The notes below the pieces were generated by a model, which was not told the origin of the DNA, ran no database searches, and saw only the letters and a program-made list of their open reading frames with translations. Position numbers and translations under genes: made by a program. A stretch of DNA of 64,000 bases from Minisyncoccota bacterium (GTDB taxonomy: Bacteria > Patescibacteriota > Minisyncoccia > 2-02-FULL-40-12 > GWA2-44-9), in assembly GCA_018062285.1 (NCBI GenBank), contig JAGOSO010000001.1, positions 32,773 to 96,772 on the forward strand, given 5' to 3'. Below, piece by piece: positions 1-7,908 of the stretch (position 1 is its first letter; the number at the start of each line of letters is the position of its first letter).

Positions 1-501
1 TTCCGCCAATCTCGGGCGAACATCGACATGACAACCATGTCGTGGTATTTCCTACGAAGACGGTATTGCTCTCGGAGTACAGTTTCGAACTGAAATCCGA
101 GGTGGGCGTACTTAGTGCACGAGGCAGTGTTTTCTTTGAACACTTTCAAGTACACTTTGTGTAAACCAAGCTTGCCAAAAGCAAGAGCAAGAAGTTTCCG
201 TAGGGCCCGTGACGCAAAGTGCTGGCCACGATTCTGCTGTGAGAAAATCATGATACCGACCCTGGCGTTTTTGTTCTGCCTGTCAATTTCGTGAAGTCCA
301 CATGTCCCAATGATTTTGCCGTCACACAAGACAGAGAATAACTTATCTCTGTTGCTGGAGATGGCATGGGACAAATAAGCTTGTTGGCGCTCGACTGTGA
401 CCTTCCGTTCAAAAAACTGGAAGTTCTGTAGCGCGTCGACATTCATGGCTTCACACATTTCTTCCGCATCACTAAAACGTACTGGCCGGATGCTAACAAT
501 C
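1..501 (-). CDS. GNAT family N-acetyltransferase (partial; C-terminus beyond window start)
   Basis: Minus-strand ORF running off position 1. GTG start at 501-499, preceded by GGAGGAGAAAGC. Translation VKKIVSIRPVRFSDAEEM...GIMIFSQQNRGQHFASRALRKLLALAF...LHKVYLKVFKEN is GNAT-like (acetyl-CoA binding Q/RxxGxG/A-type segment). Confidence 0.55.
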
Positions 502-627
502 TTCTTCACGCTTTCTCCTCCCTAATTGTTAAACTTTTACCTCGAAACTTTTTTCGGGGCAAAGAATTGGAATCGAAACTGTTTCAATTACAATTCTTTA
601 GAGTTGACGAAGAGCCTCAGCTCTCCG

Positions 628-1233
628 TCAACGAGTGTCTTTGTAAAGACCGTGAATCGATAGATATTCCTCTGCTTGGGGAACCATTATACCGCTGATT
701 GATTCGCCAGATGCGACCCGTCGTCGAATCTCTTGGCTCGACGCACCTTGTTCAGCCTCGAGACTCAAGACAACACTGTGCGGTGGCAAATCTTCTGGCT
801 GAATTACGTAGCCCGGCCTCTGGATGACCGCGAAATTGAAGGTCTCCCAAACAAGATCCGCTTTCACCCAATGTTGGACATGTGACTGGCCAGAAGCTCC
901 GCCACAGATTAGATCCCCACCAACAACATGGAATATATCTCCTTCACTGGCGAACATCTCTTGAAGCTCGTAACACTTGGTGAACACGGACCGAGTAAGA
1001 TCAAAATCTTCAACTCGCACTCGATTCGGATCTAGCCCAAGAAGAGAAAGCTTCGTCATGGCTAAGCGATGGGCCGAGTCGACATTGTTTGTCGACAGCT
1101 TATCTGGTCGCAGGCCACAGATGATGACCAAAACTAGGTCGAAATACTGGAGTAGTAGTTCAACAATCTTGCGATGGTGTAAACCAAACGGATTGAAACT
1201 ACCACCAAACAAAGCAACTTTTTTTCTGGTCAT
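628..1233 (-). CDS. nadD: nicotinate/nicotinamide mononucleotide adenylyltransferase (NadD/NMNAT family)
   Basis: 201 aa. N-terminal GGSFNPFGLHH matches the GGxFxPxHxxH nucleotidyltransferase motif of NadD. GGAGG RBS 7 nt upstream of the ATG. Confidence 0.8.
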   Translation of the reverse strand: MTRKKVALFGGSFNPFGLHHRKIVELLLQYFDLVLVIICGLRPDKLSTNNVDSAHRLAMTKLSLLGLDPNRVRVEDFDLTRSVFTKCYELQEMFASEGDIFHVVGGDLICGGASGQSHVQHWVKADLVWETFNFAVIQRPGYVIQPEDLPPHSVVLSLEAEQGASSQEIRRRVASGESISGIMVPQAEEYLSIHGLYKDTR

Positions 1234-1278
1234 ACTCGGACCTCCTTTCTGATCGTTAAAATCTGAACCAAACTTTTG

Positions 1279-1320
1279 GAACAGAGATTTAGAACGAAAT
1301 TATTCGTTACAAATCTCTGT
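1279..1320. promoter_or_regulatory. 42-bp near-perfect inverted repeat (AACAGAGATTTGTAACGAA-TAAT-TTCGTTCTAAATCTCTGTT) in the nadD upstream region
   Basis: 19-bp arms with 2 mismatches and a 4-nt centre, read directly from the sequence. It lies between the G/C hairpin at 1333-1368 and the nadD RBS. It does not fit the GT-N7-AC NrtR motif. Confidence 0.3.
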
Positions 1321-1332
1321 TTTAAAAATTTG

Positions 1333-1368
1333 TCAGGGGGGGGCGCACATAGCGCCCCCCCTGACCGA
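1333..1368 (-). terminator. G8/C7 stem-loop (GTCAGGGGGGGGCGC-acata-GCGCCCCCCCTGAC) downstream of the 1378..2412 gene
   Basis: Near-perfect 15-bp GC stem seen in the sequence. A/T-rich tract follows on the minus strand. Possible terminator or attenuator between the amidohydrolase gene and nadD. Confidence 0.4.
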
Positions 1369-1377
1369 GAGAAGGCC

Positions 1378-2412
1378 TCAGGAAAAAATGAGCTGGTCGA
1401 TGGCTTCGTAGTCAGTCGAGTCGACCACATGCGCTCCGCGTTCTTGAAACCGCGTGAGCATATTTTCCATGTGCTCGGTGTAGTCGACCACACCCGGAAC
1501 CACAACTGGAGTCATGCAGTCCCGCAAGAAAACGACCTTGTCGGCAAAAGACGGATCCATCTCAATCAGACCAGTCAATAGATCATCGCCGCTTGCAGGA
1601 ACACAATGACTCCCAGCTTCACCGTCCAAAAAGGTGCGATGAGAGGAGCTGATCTTGTTGATCAACTCAACGTTCCTCTCTGCCCCGACAATCTGACCAC
1701 CGGAGTGTGTTGTCGTAACTTCGGGGGCAAAAATGCTGTAGTGCTCTGTGAGCGGGTTCTCACCCTTCAGAATGATTGGGTTATTCACTCCGCGAACGAA
1801 TCCGTGGAACAAACGAACCTCCTCAATCAGGCCTGCCAACCTGTGCCCATAAGAGCCTTTTAGGCAATGGTAGGGCCAAATTGTCAGTGGCGGCTTGCCA
1901 GCTCTCTCGAGCTGCTCGCAGTAATAGATGAACTGCTTTCGGAGCCAATCGACACCCACCCCAAGCTGATAGGCAAACAACGGGTTGGGTCGGTAGTTCC
2001 GGCGGTACTCATCGGCAGTGATTTGCGTGTGTGGCGCCGGATGATTCCCGCTTGCGTCGATGTGTGCCACTGGGAAAAAAATCTGAAACGGCACATGAGT
2101 GTCCATCGTATTGATGAACTGTGTGATGCACGGAAGATATCGATAACGGAACTCGCTTCTTCGGCGCAAAGCATCCATGGCGCCTGTGCCACTGCGACCG
2201 GCGACGAACAGGGCCCCATCCAGATAGTCGAAGTCCGACTGATCATCGATATCCAGAGCGTAGATTACTCGTGAATCCTGAGACGCCCGAGTAATGTCGT
2301 ATCCATCACGCCAGTAGTTGGCGGCGGCCATCAGAACTGCCGGATCGGGCCGGTAGGACGACACGTAGGCATTCTTGGGATCATAGTGCGGAGGCAACTG
2401 AAATTCTCGCAT
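1378..2412 (-). CDS. isochorismatase-fold cysteine hydrolase, PncA(nicotinamidase)-like, with ~70-aa N-terminal extension
   Basis: 344 aa. Paralogous to the 6859..7686 product: WPYHCLKGSYGH vs WPAHCLIGTWGH, NPLTEHYSIF vs NPWTEHYGAL, GEAGSHCV vs GEASSHCV, LRDCMTPVVVPGVVDY vs LEDCMSPVPAIPGVVDF. Retains a D (IDDQSDF), a K (ILKGENP) and a C (SHCV), plus DTH...AH metal-ligand-like residues. GGAGAGGAAG RBS. Confidence 0.6.
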   Translation of the reverse strand: MREFQLPPHYDPKNAYVSSYRPDPAVLMAAANYWRDGYDITRASQDSRVIYALDIDDQSDFDYLDGALFVAGRSGTGAMDALRRRSEFRYRYLPCITQFINTMDTHVPFQIFFPVAHIDASGNHPAPHTQITADEYRRNYRPNPLFAYQLGVGVDWLRKQFIYYCEQLERAGKPPLTIWPYHCLKGSYGHRLAGLIEEVRLFHGFVRGVNNPIILKGENPLTEHYSIFAPEVTTTHSGGQIVGAERNVELINKISSSHRTFLDGEAGSHCVPASGDDLLTGLIEMDPSFADKVVFLRDCMTPVVVPGVVDYTEHMENMLTRFQERGAHVVDSTDYEAIDQLIFS

Positions 2413-2539
2413 TTCTTCCTCTCCTTCTCTTTTGTAAAGAACCTTTTCCTTGCGTTTTCGAATAAAACAAGGGAATTATGGCCCATCAGCCCCAATTCTC
2501 TTGTCTCATTAAAACCTTCTCAAATTAAGCCATATAATA

Positions 2540-2570
2540 CATTAAAAATGGCCAAATGTCAACGAATAAC
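2540..2570 (-). promoter_or_regulatory. sigma-70-like promoter (TTGACA-N17-TATTAT) for the 1378..2412 gene
   Basis: Minus-strand sequence cgTTGACAtttggccatttttaatgTATTATatgg, about 130 nt upstream of the start codon. Confidence 0.4.
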
Positions 2571-2600
2571 CCTATGTCCCATCTTACTCCCACGAGCCTG

Positions 2601-2621
2601 TTATTGTCAATAGTACACTAA
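2601..2621. promoter_or_regulatory. NrtR-type operator (TTATTGT-CAATAGT-ACACTAA; GT-N7-AC core), slightly degenerate
   Basis: Same 21-bp palindrome family as 3368-3388, 7745-7765 and 7791-7811. Lies upstream of the PncA-like 1378..2412 gene. Its reverse complement carries a TTGACA -35 hexamer followed 17 nt later by GTAAGA/TAAGAT. Confidence 0.5.
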
Positions 2622-2635
2622 CTCTTGGCAAAAAA

Positions 2636-3358
2636 TTAAAGAACATCAATCTGCATAACTCGACCAGAACTAAACTTGTACAATTGAGCTGGTCGCCAAC
2701 GCTGGCCACGACGCTCATTTGCCGACTTCTCCAAGACATCAAGCTTTAATATCTTCTTTCTAAAATTTCTCTTATCCACTCCCCTATCAAGGATAGCCTC
2801 ATAGGCATTCTCGAGTTCAGTTAAAGTAAATTCGTGAGGCATTAATTTACTGATGATGGTGGTAAAGGCAATCTTCGATCTTAATCGTTCAAGACCAACA
2901 GATATAATTTGGCGATGATCATAAGCCAACTTTGGCAAAGCACTCACAGGAAACCACTGAGACACGTCAGAATCTTTTTGCTCTTCTTTTGAAAAACTAG
3001 CCCATGGAGCAAGAGCTAAATAAGCTACTGCAACAACACGGCCACGAGGATCACGCTTAACTTCACTGAAAGTATAAAGTTGTTCCAAATAAATATTTCT
3101 TGGATCAATATGACCTTTGTCTTTTATAATGCGCCTTGTTGCTTCTTCGGCGTTTTCTTCTGGATGAATAAGCCCGCCAGGCAAACCATGAATATTATTA
3201 AAATAGGGCGGAAGGTTAACTGGTATTAAACGAACATACAACATGCCATCACGGAAAGTAAAAAGAACTGTATCCGTAGCGAGAACAGCAAAACGAATCT
3301 TTGATGTTGAATTTTTAGATGTGGCTTTAGTAGTTGCCATATAGAGACATCTTATCAT
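2636..3358 (-). CDS. nrtR: Nudix-domain transcriptional regulator, NrtR family (ADP-ribose-responsive repressor of NAD metabolism)
   Basis: N-terminal Nudix box GLPGGLIHPEENAEEATRRIIKDKGH (Gx5Ex7REUxEExGU). C-terminal ~90 aa is winged-helix-like with NFRKKILKL...RPAQLYKF. Flanked by NrtR-type operators. Probable real start is M7 at 3340; the transcript looks leaderless because the -10 TAAGAT overlaps the first in-frame ATG. Confidence 0.65.
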   Translation of the reverse strand: MIRCLYMATTKATSKNSTSKIRFAVLATDTVLFTFRDGMLYVRLIPVNLPPYFNNIHGLPGGLIHPEENAEEATRRIIKDKGHIDPRNIYLEQLYTFSEVKRDPRGRVVAVAYLALAPWASFSKEEQKDSDVSQWFPVSALPKLAYDHRQIISVGLERLRSKIAFTTIISKLMPHEFTLTELENAYEAILDRGVDKRNFRKKILKLDVLEKSANERRGQRWRPAQLYKFSSGRVMQIDVL

Positions 3359-3367
3359 GTTTCAATC

Positions 3368-3388
3368 TTAGTGTCAATAGTACACTTA
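3368..3388. promoter_or_regulatory. NrtR-type operator (TTAGTGT-CAATAGT-ACACTTA) overlapping the -35 of the nrtR promoter (autoregulation)
   Basis: Palindrome TAGTGT-N7-ACACTA. On the minus strand the site contains TTGACA, then 17 nt, then TAAGAT immediately before the nrtR start. Confidence 0.55.
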
Positions 3389-3393
3389 TCCAC

Positions 3394-3424
3394 ATAAAAA
3401 GCCGCCACGGTGTATTGTGGCGGC
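3394..3424 (-). terminator. rho-independent terminator of the kinase gene (GCCGCCAC-ggtgtatt-GTGGCGGC plus T-run on minus strand)
   Basis: 8-bp GC stem followed by TTTTT on the minus strand (AAAAA at 3396-3400 on plus), directly downstream of the stop at 3435. Confidence 0.6.
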
Positions 3425-3434
3425 GATATTGGCA

Positions 3435-5174
3435 CTATTTCATCCTCAGGGACCAGAGGTCTCCATTGAGAATATAGGTGACCCTATCTCCCCAATTAGA
3501 CAAGCTCATGTCGGTAGCAATAGTTCTGTCATCAATCTGATTAACCTGACCATTGCTCGGCACAAAGATTTTCATCTGGCCATCTTCGACAATTGTTGCA
3601 CAGACACCCTTTGGCAAAATAGCCACGTTGAGTTCTGGACCATCGGCTTTCTCTTTTGAAATTCGATGCGACTTATAGTCGCCACCAAAAAACAAATCAA
3701 ATTTCTGATACTCGCCCGCCCGATCAAGACAGACCACAGAAACAAACCTATTGCCTGCAGAACCGGCAACAACGCGTAAGCCATCCAACTCTGCAACCCT
3801 CACGAGGATTAAAGAGCTATCGGAAAAAGGAACAACAACAAATGTGGCACCCATAGCATCCTGCACACCACACCCATTGAACCAACGAGTGGAATTGGTC
3901 ATGACACCCCAAGTCTTACCAACCGATACGATTGGCTTACCCAAGAGATGCATTTTTACTTCCGTTAAGCCATTCTCGGTAACAGCGAAGAGGCGGTTCT
4001 CATATCTAAGAACACTTCTGGCTTTCAAAGAAAGATCCAGAAGTGTTAATTTGAGACTTCCCTCTTCAACATACTGAAAAATGGTTTGCTGGTTCATTAG
4101 ATCTGCAACCAGCCATCCATCATCTACTTTCACGACCTCACAAGCACGAGAACTAGCTGTGCTAATTTGGCGTTTAGTAGCGACATCAACAAGTGCTCCA
4201 GAAGCCAACAAGACAACTCCGCAATGGAAGAGTCTAACTACTGAATCGTTTGGACGGCTCAGTAGTTTCTCAAAAACCAGAACCCCACTCTTGCTTGTTG
4301 TCACTGTTCGCATAACTTTTGCAGCCAGTGGAACAGTCAGCCCAGTATCAAATGGCGATGGTGGTCTTTGCCTTTCACCTTTTTGAAATGTCGCTTCGTA
4401 CCAACTGAGAAGCGGGGCAGGAATAGCAGAGAAATCTCGCACCGCGCGATTCAATCTCACACCAGAAGAGAAAACTGACGCTCCGGCTTTCATTCTCCCT
4501 TCAAGATTCCCCCGATCAAAACCATCGAGTGTCCCCTTGTAGGGATGCAGGCCGGTGTAGATTTGGAATGTCACAACTCCCCACGAGAACCAATCAGTCT
4601 TGTGATCAAACGTCTTGGCGTGCCAATCGCGAATTGATGGCATGATTACTGAAGCTGGCCAACGGCCAAGCGCCCAGGAATCAACGTCTACAACATGTGG
4701 CTCTGGCTCCGACTTGCGTCGTGATGCAAACCAATTCAATTCATTGGCATCAACGAGCAGAGCATTCTGACTGTGGGCAAAATCCACAACCTGACGCATG
4801 CGATCAACTAGAGTCGATGCATTCTGGTTTGTGAATCCTTCCTTCTGCCAAAATTCATTGGTGAACACTCGTGAAAGTGGATCACCATCAACATATGGCA
4901 TATAGAAGCCGACTGGGTCACCTGCCAGAGAAAAAACAAGCCCTCTGGGAGAAACGACATATGAGTGATTGAACCCAGACAGTATTTTCAACTTGTCTGG
5001 GATGCCTTTTTGTCGCATCTCTTTTGGGTCAAGATACATCTTCACAACAGAGTCACCGACTCGATAAATCGATCCTTCGCCACCAGTGGCAATATGATCG
5101 CTCGGCCGAATCGTAACCGTACCACGACCTTCAAGAACAACTTGGGTATTCCCCCTCACGATAGCTGGGGCCAT
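3435..5174 (-). CDS. protein kinase-like protein (atypical Ser/Thr kinase), third gene of a TerY-P-like triad
   Basis: Start taken at M9 (ATG 5174) because GGAGGAGG lies 7 nt upstream and it overlaps the PP2C stop. Has a glycine-rich loop TGGEGSIYRV, lysine motif SVVKMY, a catalytic-loop-like HSQNALLVDANELNW and a DxD segment VVDVDSW. The C-terminal ~300 aa are uncharacterised. Confidence 0.5.
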   Translation of the reverse strand: MAPAIVRGNTQVVLEGRGTVTIRPSDHIATGGEGSIYRVGDSVVKMYLDPKEMRQKGIPDKLKILSGFNHSYVVSPRGLVFSLAGDPVGFYMPYVDGDPLSRVFTNEFWQKEGFTNQNASTLVDRMRQVVDFAHSQNALLVDANELNWFASRRKSEPEPHVVDVDSWALGRWPASVIMPSIRDWHAKTFDHKTDWFSWGVVTFQIYTGLHPYKGTLDGFDRGNLEGRMKAGASVFSSGVRLNRAVRDFSAIPAPLLSWYEATFQKGERQRPPSPFDTGLTVPLAAKVMRTVTTSKSGVLVFEKLLSRPNDSVVRLFHCGVVLLASGALVDVATKRQISTASSRACEVVKVDDGWLVADLMNQQTIFQYVEEGSLKLTLLDLSLKARSVLRYENRLFAVTENGLTEVKMHLLGKPIVSVGKTWGVMTNSTRWFNGCGVQDAMGATFVVVPFSDSSLILVRVAELDGLRVVAGSAGNRFVSVVCLDRAGEYQKFDLFFGGDYKSHRISKEKADGPELNVAILPKGVCATIVEDGQMKIFVPSNGQVNQIDDRTIATDMSLSNWGDRVTYILNGDLWSLRMK

Positions 5175-5175
5175 C

Positions 5176-6042
5176 TCAAACCTCCTCCGCCAGATCAATG
5201 ACTTGTTCGATTCTTACAACAGCGAAAGAAATGTCATCAATTGGGCCTCGCCCAACCTGATGAAAATCTTTAATGCCTCGAATCATTCTCCGTTTAGCAA
5301 ATTCGCCCGTAGTATTCTTGAAAGCCAAGAGCGAACTCACTGCTTCTTGCCATGAAACACCTTCGACCTGAGTTACACCGTCAGAAAAAACGGCAATAAA
5401 CTCAAGTTCGGAAAGTTTTTCACGACTTAACTCCACCACAAAACCTGATCGTGCATCTTGGAATGGAATTAGGTTAATATTTTCTTCTTCTACTCTGGAC
5501 GAGCACTGCTTGATAGACATAGTGGCCTCAACTACATTGCCACCATGAATCCTATCAATGAATGTGATGGCATCTGCATCATCATACGCCGGATAGAACG
5601 GAGCGTTCTTGGTCCAATCAGAACGGAACATCATTGTTTCCCCGTTGCGATAACGCAAAGCGATAACTCCGTCACCTTGAACATGGACAAAGCCACTATT
5701 CTGGTTAATGAAAATGTAGGCGCAGGTCGAAAGCATATCGACCCTATTCAACCCCAGCATTAGCTGAGTGGATTTAAGGGTCGCCTGTTGGGCACTCGCA
5801 ATCAAGCGAGAATCCATGTCCGCTCGACCGACAAAAAGATGTGAGTCTTTGAGAGCCTGCAATGTTGCCAAGGCAAGCACTCGCGCACCAACATCGGTAT
5901 TCCCACCAGTTGAGCATCCATCTGAAACAATGGCGTAAGCTTCTGTGCCATTCGATCCAGAAATGGAATAGTCTTGGCAGGGCTTCCCACTAGAATAATG
6001 GGCCGCCCCGATGTGGAAGTAATGGTCAGCATAAAGTTTCAC
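5176..6042 (-). CDS. PP2C-family Ser/Thr protein phosphatase (TerY-P triad phosphatase)
   Basis: 288 aa. GTG start with GGAGG 6 nt upstream. PP2C/SpoIIE-like motifs: AIVSDGCSTGGNTDVG, later GDGVIAL and FAVFSDGV. Confidence 0.6.
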   Translation of the reverse strand: MKLYADHYFHIGAAHYSSGKPCQDYSISGSNGTEAYAIVSDGCSTGGNTDVGARVLALATLQALKDSHLFVGRADMDSRLIASAQQATLKSTQLMLGLNRVDMLSTCAYIFINQNSGFVHVQGDGVIALRYRNGETMMFRSDWTKNAPFYPAYDDADAITFIDRIHGGNVVEATMSIKQCSSRVEEENINLIPFQDARSGFVVELSREKLSELEFIAVFSDGVTQVEGVSWQEAVSSLLAFKNTTGEFAKRRMIRGIKDFHQVGRGPIDDISFAVVRIEQVIDLAEEV

Positions 6043-6095
6043 GATAACCCTCCGATAAAAAATGGGGATGGCGCACGTGCCATCCCCATGCGGAC

Positions 6096-6845
6096 CTAGA
6101 TGGTCGCCGCAATGTTCTGACTCGGGCCGCCAGTGCCCAGGGATTGGGACTGGCTCGAGACAGACTGCGAAACAAACTGGGCGATTTTTGCCAGCTTGCC
6201 TTTTGTTGCATCACCGGCGTCGATGTATTTCATGCCGGTTTCGGCTTCGAACTTCTCAAGATAGCCCTTGCAAGACTGAGCGTTGATACCAATGAGCACA
6301 CCAACGAGAGATTCAATCTCTTCGCCGACAAGCCCACGGTCCATCTCGTCTTTGACCATGCTGAGCGTTGCGCTTGAAGTGTTGTCGCCTCCGTCGGTAA
6401 TGACGAAAACGATACCGTTGGCCAGAAAGTCCTGGCCCATCAACCTCTTGGCGTAAGCGTTGGTAGCGCCGACCGCCGAGAAGGCAGCATCGTACAGCGG
6501 AGTCCAGCCACCAGTCCGGAAATCCGGATAGGTGTTCGGGTCAATCTCCCCCAGTGGTTTGAATCCGTGAATTTCTTCGATGCTGTTCTTGAACATATCG
6601 GAGAACAACAGGACTCGCAGGAGAAGATTGTTAGAACGGGGCGACTTCTTACACGAATCGACTGCGGCGATAACGCACCGCCGCAGCTCATCCTTGAAGC
6701 CGCTCACCGAGCCACTGACATCAACCGCGATAGTCACGAGCGTGTACTCGGTCGAGGTCAGGTGATCAATACGAACCGCCGAAAACTGGAAGCCTTGCCG
6801 GCCACCAATCTTCGAGGTTTCCGTGCCGTCATTCATTCGGGGCAT
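6096..6845 (-). CDS. von Willebrand factor A domain protein, TerY-like (TerY-P triad vWA)
   Basis: 249 aa. MIDAS motif VDVSGSVSG (DxSxS), then ...GGWTPLYDAA... and ITDGGDN, typical of TerY-type vWA proteins. GAGAGGAGAG RBS. Start is only 13 nt after the stop of the upstream PncA-like gene. Confidence 0.6.
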   Translation of the reverse strand: MPRMNDGTETSKIGGRQGFQFSAVRIDHLTSTEYTLVTIAVDVSGSVSGFKDELRRCVIAAVDSCKKSPRSNNLLLRVLLFSDMFKNSIEEIHGFKPLGEIDPNTYPDFRTGGWTPLYDAAFSAVGATNAYAKRLMGQDFLANGIVFVITDGGDNTSSATLSMVKDEMDRGLVGEEIESLVGVLIGINAQSCKGYLEKFEAETGMKYIDAGDATKGKLAKIAQFVSQSVSSQSQSLGTGGPSQNIAATI

Positions 6846-6858
6846 GATGCTCTCCTCT

Positions 6859-7686
6859 CTACTTCATGAAATCGACAGAGTTCGTGACGGTCATTCCCAG
6901 ACGCGTCATGTCTTTGAGCCACGCACTGGCAATCGCTGGGAAGTCGACGACCCCCGGGATAGCCGGCACAGGACTCATGCAGTCTTCGAGCAGGTGGAAC
7001 TTCTTGATGTGTTCCTGACCGATGTTCTTCGCGATCTGATTGACCGTGGTCAGCACGCAGTGACTGGAAGCTTCGCCGCCAACCAGAACAATGTCGGCTT
7101 CGGCCATGGTGTTCAGGAACTCCGTGTTCAAACCCGTCGAAGGGTCATCGGGGTCAGGAACTTCGGCCATGAGCGCGCCATAGTGTTCGGTCCAGGGATT
7201 CGAGCCCTTGGTCACGTAGTCGACCATGGCGAATTCCTTGTCCGACCAATGCTGAAGTGCTTCGTTCAGAACAGAGTGGACGTTGTGTCCCCATGTTCCG
7301 ATGAGGCAATGCGCCGGCCAGATGCAAATCTGGTACAGACCCGATGCTTCGAGCGTCTTGGCATAGGCCAAGGCACGCGCTCGGAATTGCGGATTGCGCG
7401 TGGTCCAGATTCCGGCTTCGATGTCCGACGCCGAAATGATCGTGAACGGGTTCGGCTGTTTGCCGCGCTGGTCCATCCAGAAAACCGGATGGGCGATGTC
7501 GAGCAGACGATGGCTGTCCAACGTCACGTGGATATCGTCGAGCTTGTGCCCGATTCGATCCACGAGCTTGGCCAACCGCTTCATGTCCGCATCAGCTCCA
7601 GGAACCGGCAACGTCGCGCCGGGGATGTCGCAGAAGTCGTTCTGCGGATCAATCACCAACAAATGCACCTTGAGAACTTTGCTCAT
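6859..7686 (-). CDS. pncA: PncA-like nicotinamidase / isochorismatase-family amidohydrolase
   Basis: 275 aa. N-terminal LLVIDPQNDFC (PncA VDxQNDF catalytic-Asp motif). Also LDSHRLLDIAHP (metal-ligand DxH...H pattern), K in YVTKGSNP, catalytic Cys in GGEASSHCV. First gene of the operon that continues into vWA, PP2C and kinase. Confidence 0.7.
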   Translation of the reverse strand: MSKVLKVHLLVIDPQNDFCDIPGATLPVPGADADMKRLAKLVDRIGHKLDDIHVTLDSHRLLDIAHPVFWMDQRGKQPNPFTIISASDIEAGIWTTRNPQFRARALAYAKTLEASGLYQICIWPAHCLIGTWGHNVHSVLNEALQHWSDKEFAMVDYVTKGSNPWTEHYGALMAEVPDPDDPSTGLNTEFLNTMAEADIVLVGGEASSHCVLTTVNQIAKNIGQEHIKKFHLLEDCMSPVPAIPGVVDFPAIASAWLKDMTRLGMTVTNSVDFMK

Positions 7687-7744
7687 AACTACCTCTTCTT
7701 TCCTTTGTTTGATTGTTAACGAGCTGTCCGTGTCTTATTTGTAC

Positions 7745-7765
7745 ATAGTGTATTTAGTACACTAT
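7745..7765. promoter_or_regulatory. NrtR-type operator (ATAGTGT-ATTTAGT-ACACTAT) near the -10/+1 of the pncA-like operon promoter
   Basis: Perfect 7-bp arms TAGTGT(A)/ACACTA with a 7-nt spacer (GT-N7-AC core). It sits about 45-60 nt upstream of the 7686 start codon. Confidence 0.5.
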
Positions 7766-7790
7766 GAGGGAAGACTAGCAGACCCTTGTC

Positions 7791-7811
7791 TTAGTGTCAA
7801 TAGTACACTTA
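7791..7811. promoter_or_regulatory. NrtR-type operator (TTAGTGT-CAATAGT-ACACTTA) upstream of the pncA-like/TerY-P operon, divergent to ychF
   Basis: Identical to the site at 3368-3388. Contains a TTGACA -35 on the minus strand. Confidence 0.5.
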
Positions 7812-7908
7812 TTAACAGGGGCAGGAGAGGGGATTTAAAAAATCTTTTAGAAATAAATAAAAACTATGACATGGTTGGTTTTTCGTGGTTTTCTGGTACA
7901 ATAAAGGC

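Noticed and set aside
7394-7908. Track ORF 7394..8995 (+) suggests a 533-aa protein.
   Set aside because: The first roughly 170 codons run antisense through the pncA-like gene and the intergenic operators. The YchF homology, P-loop and promoter all begin at 7909.
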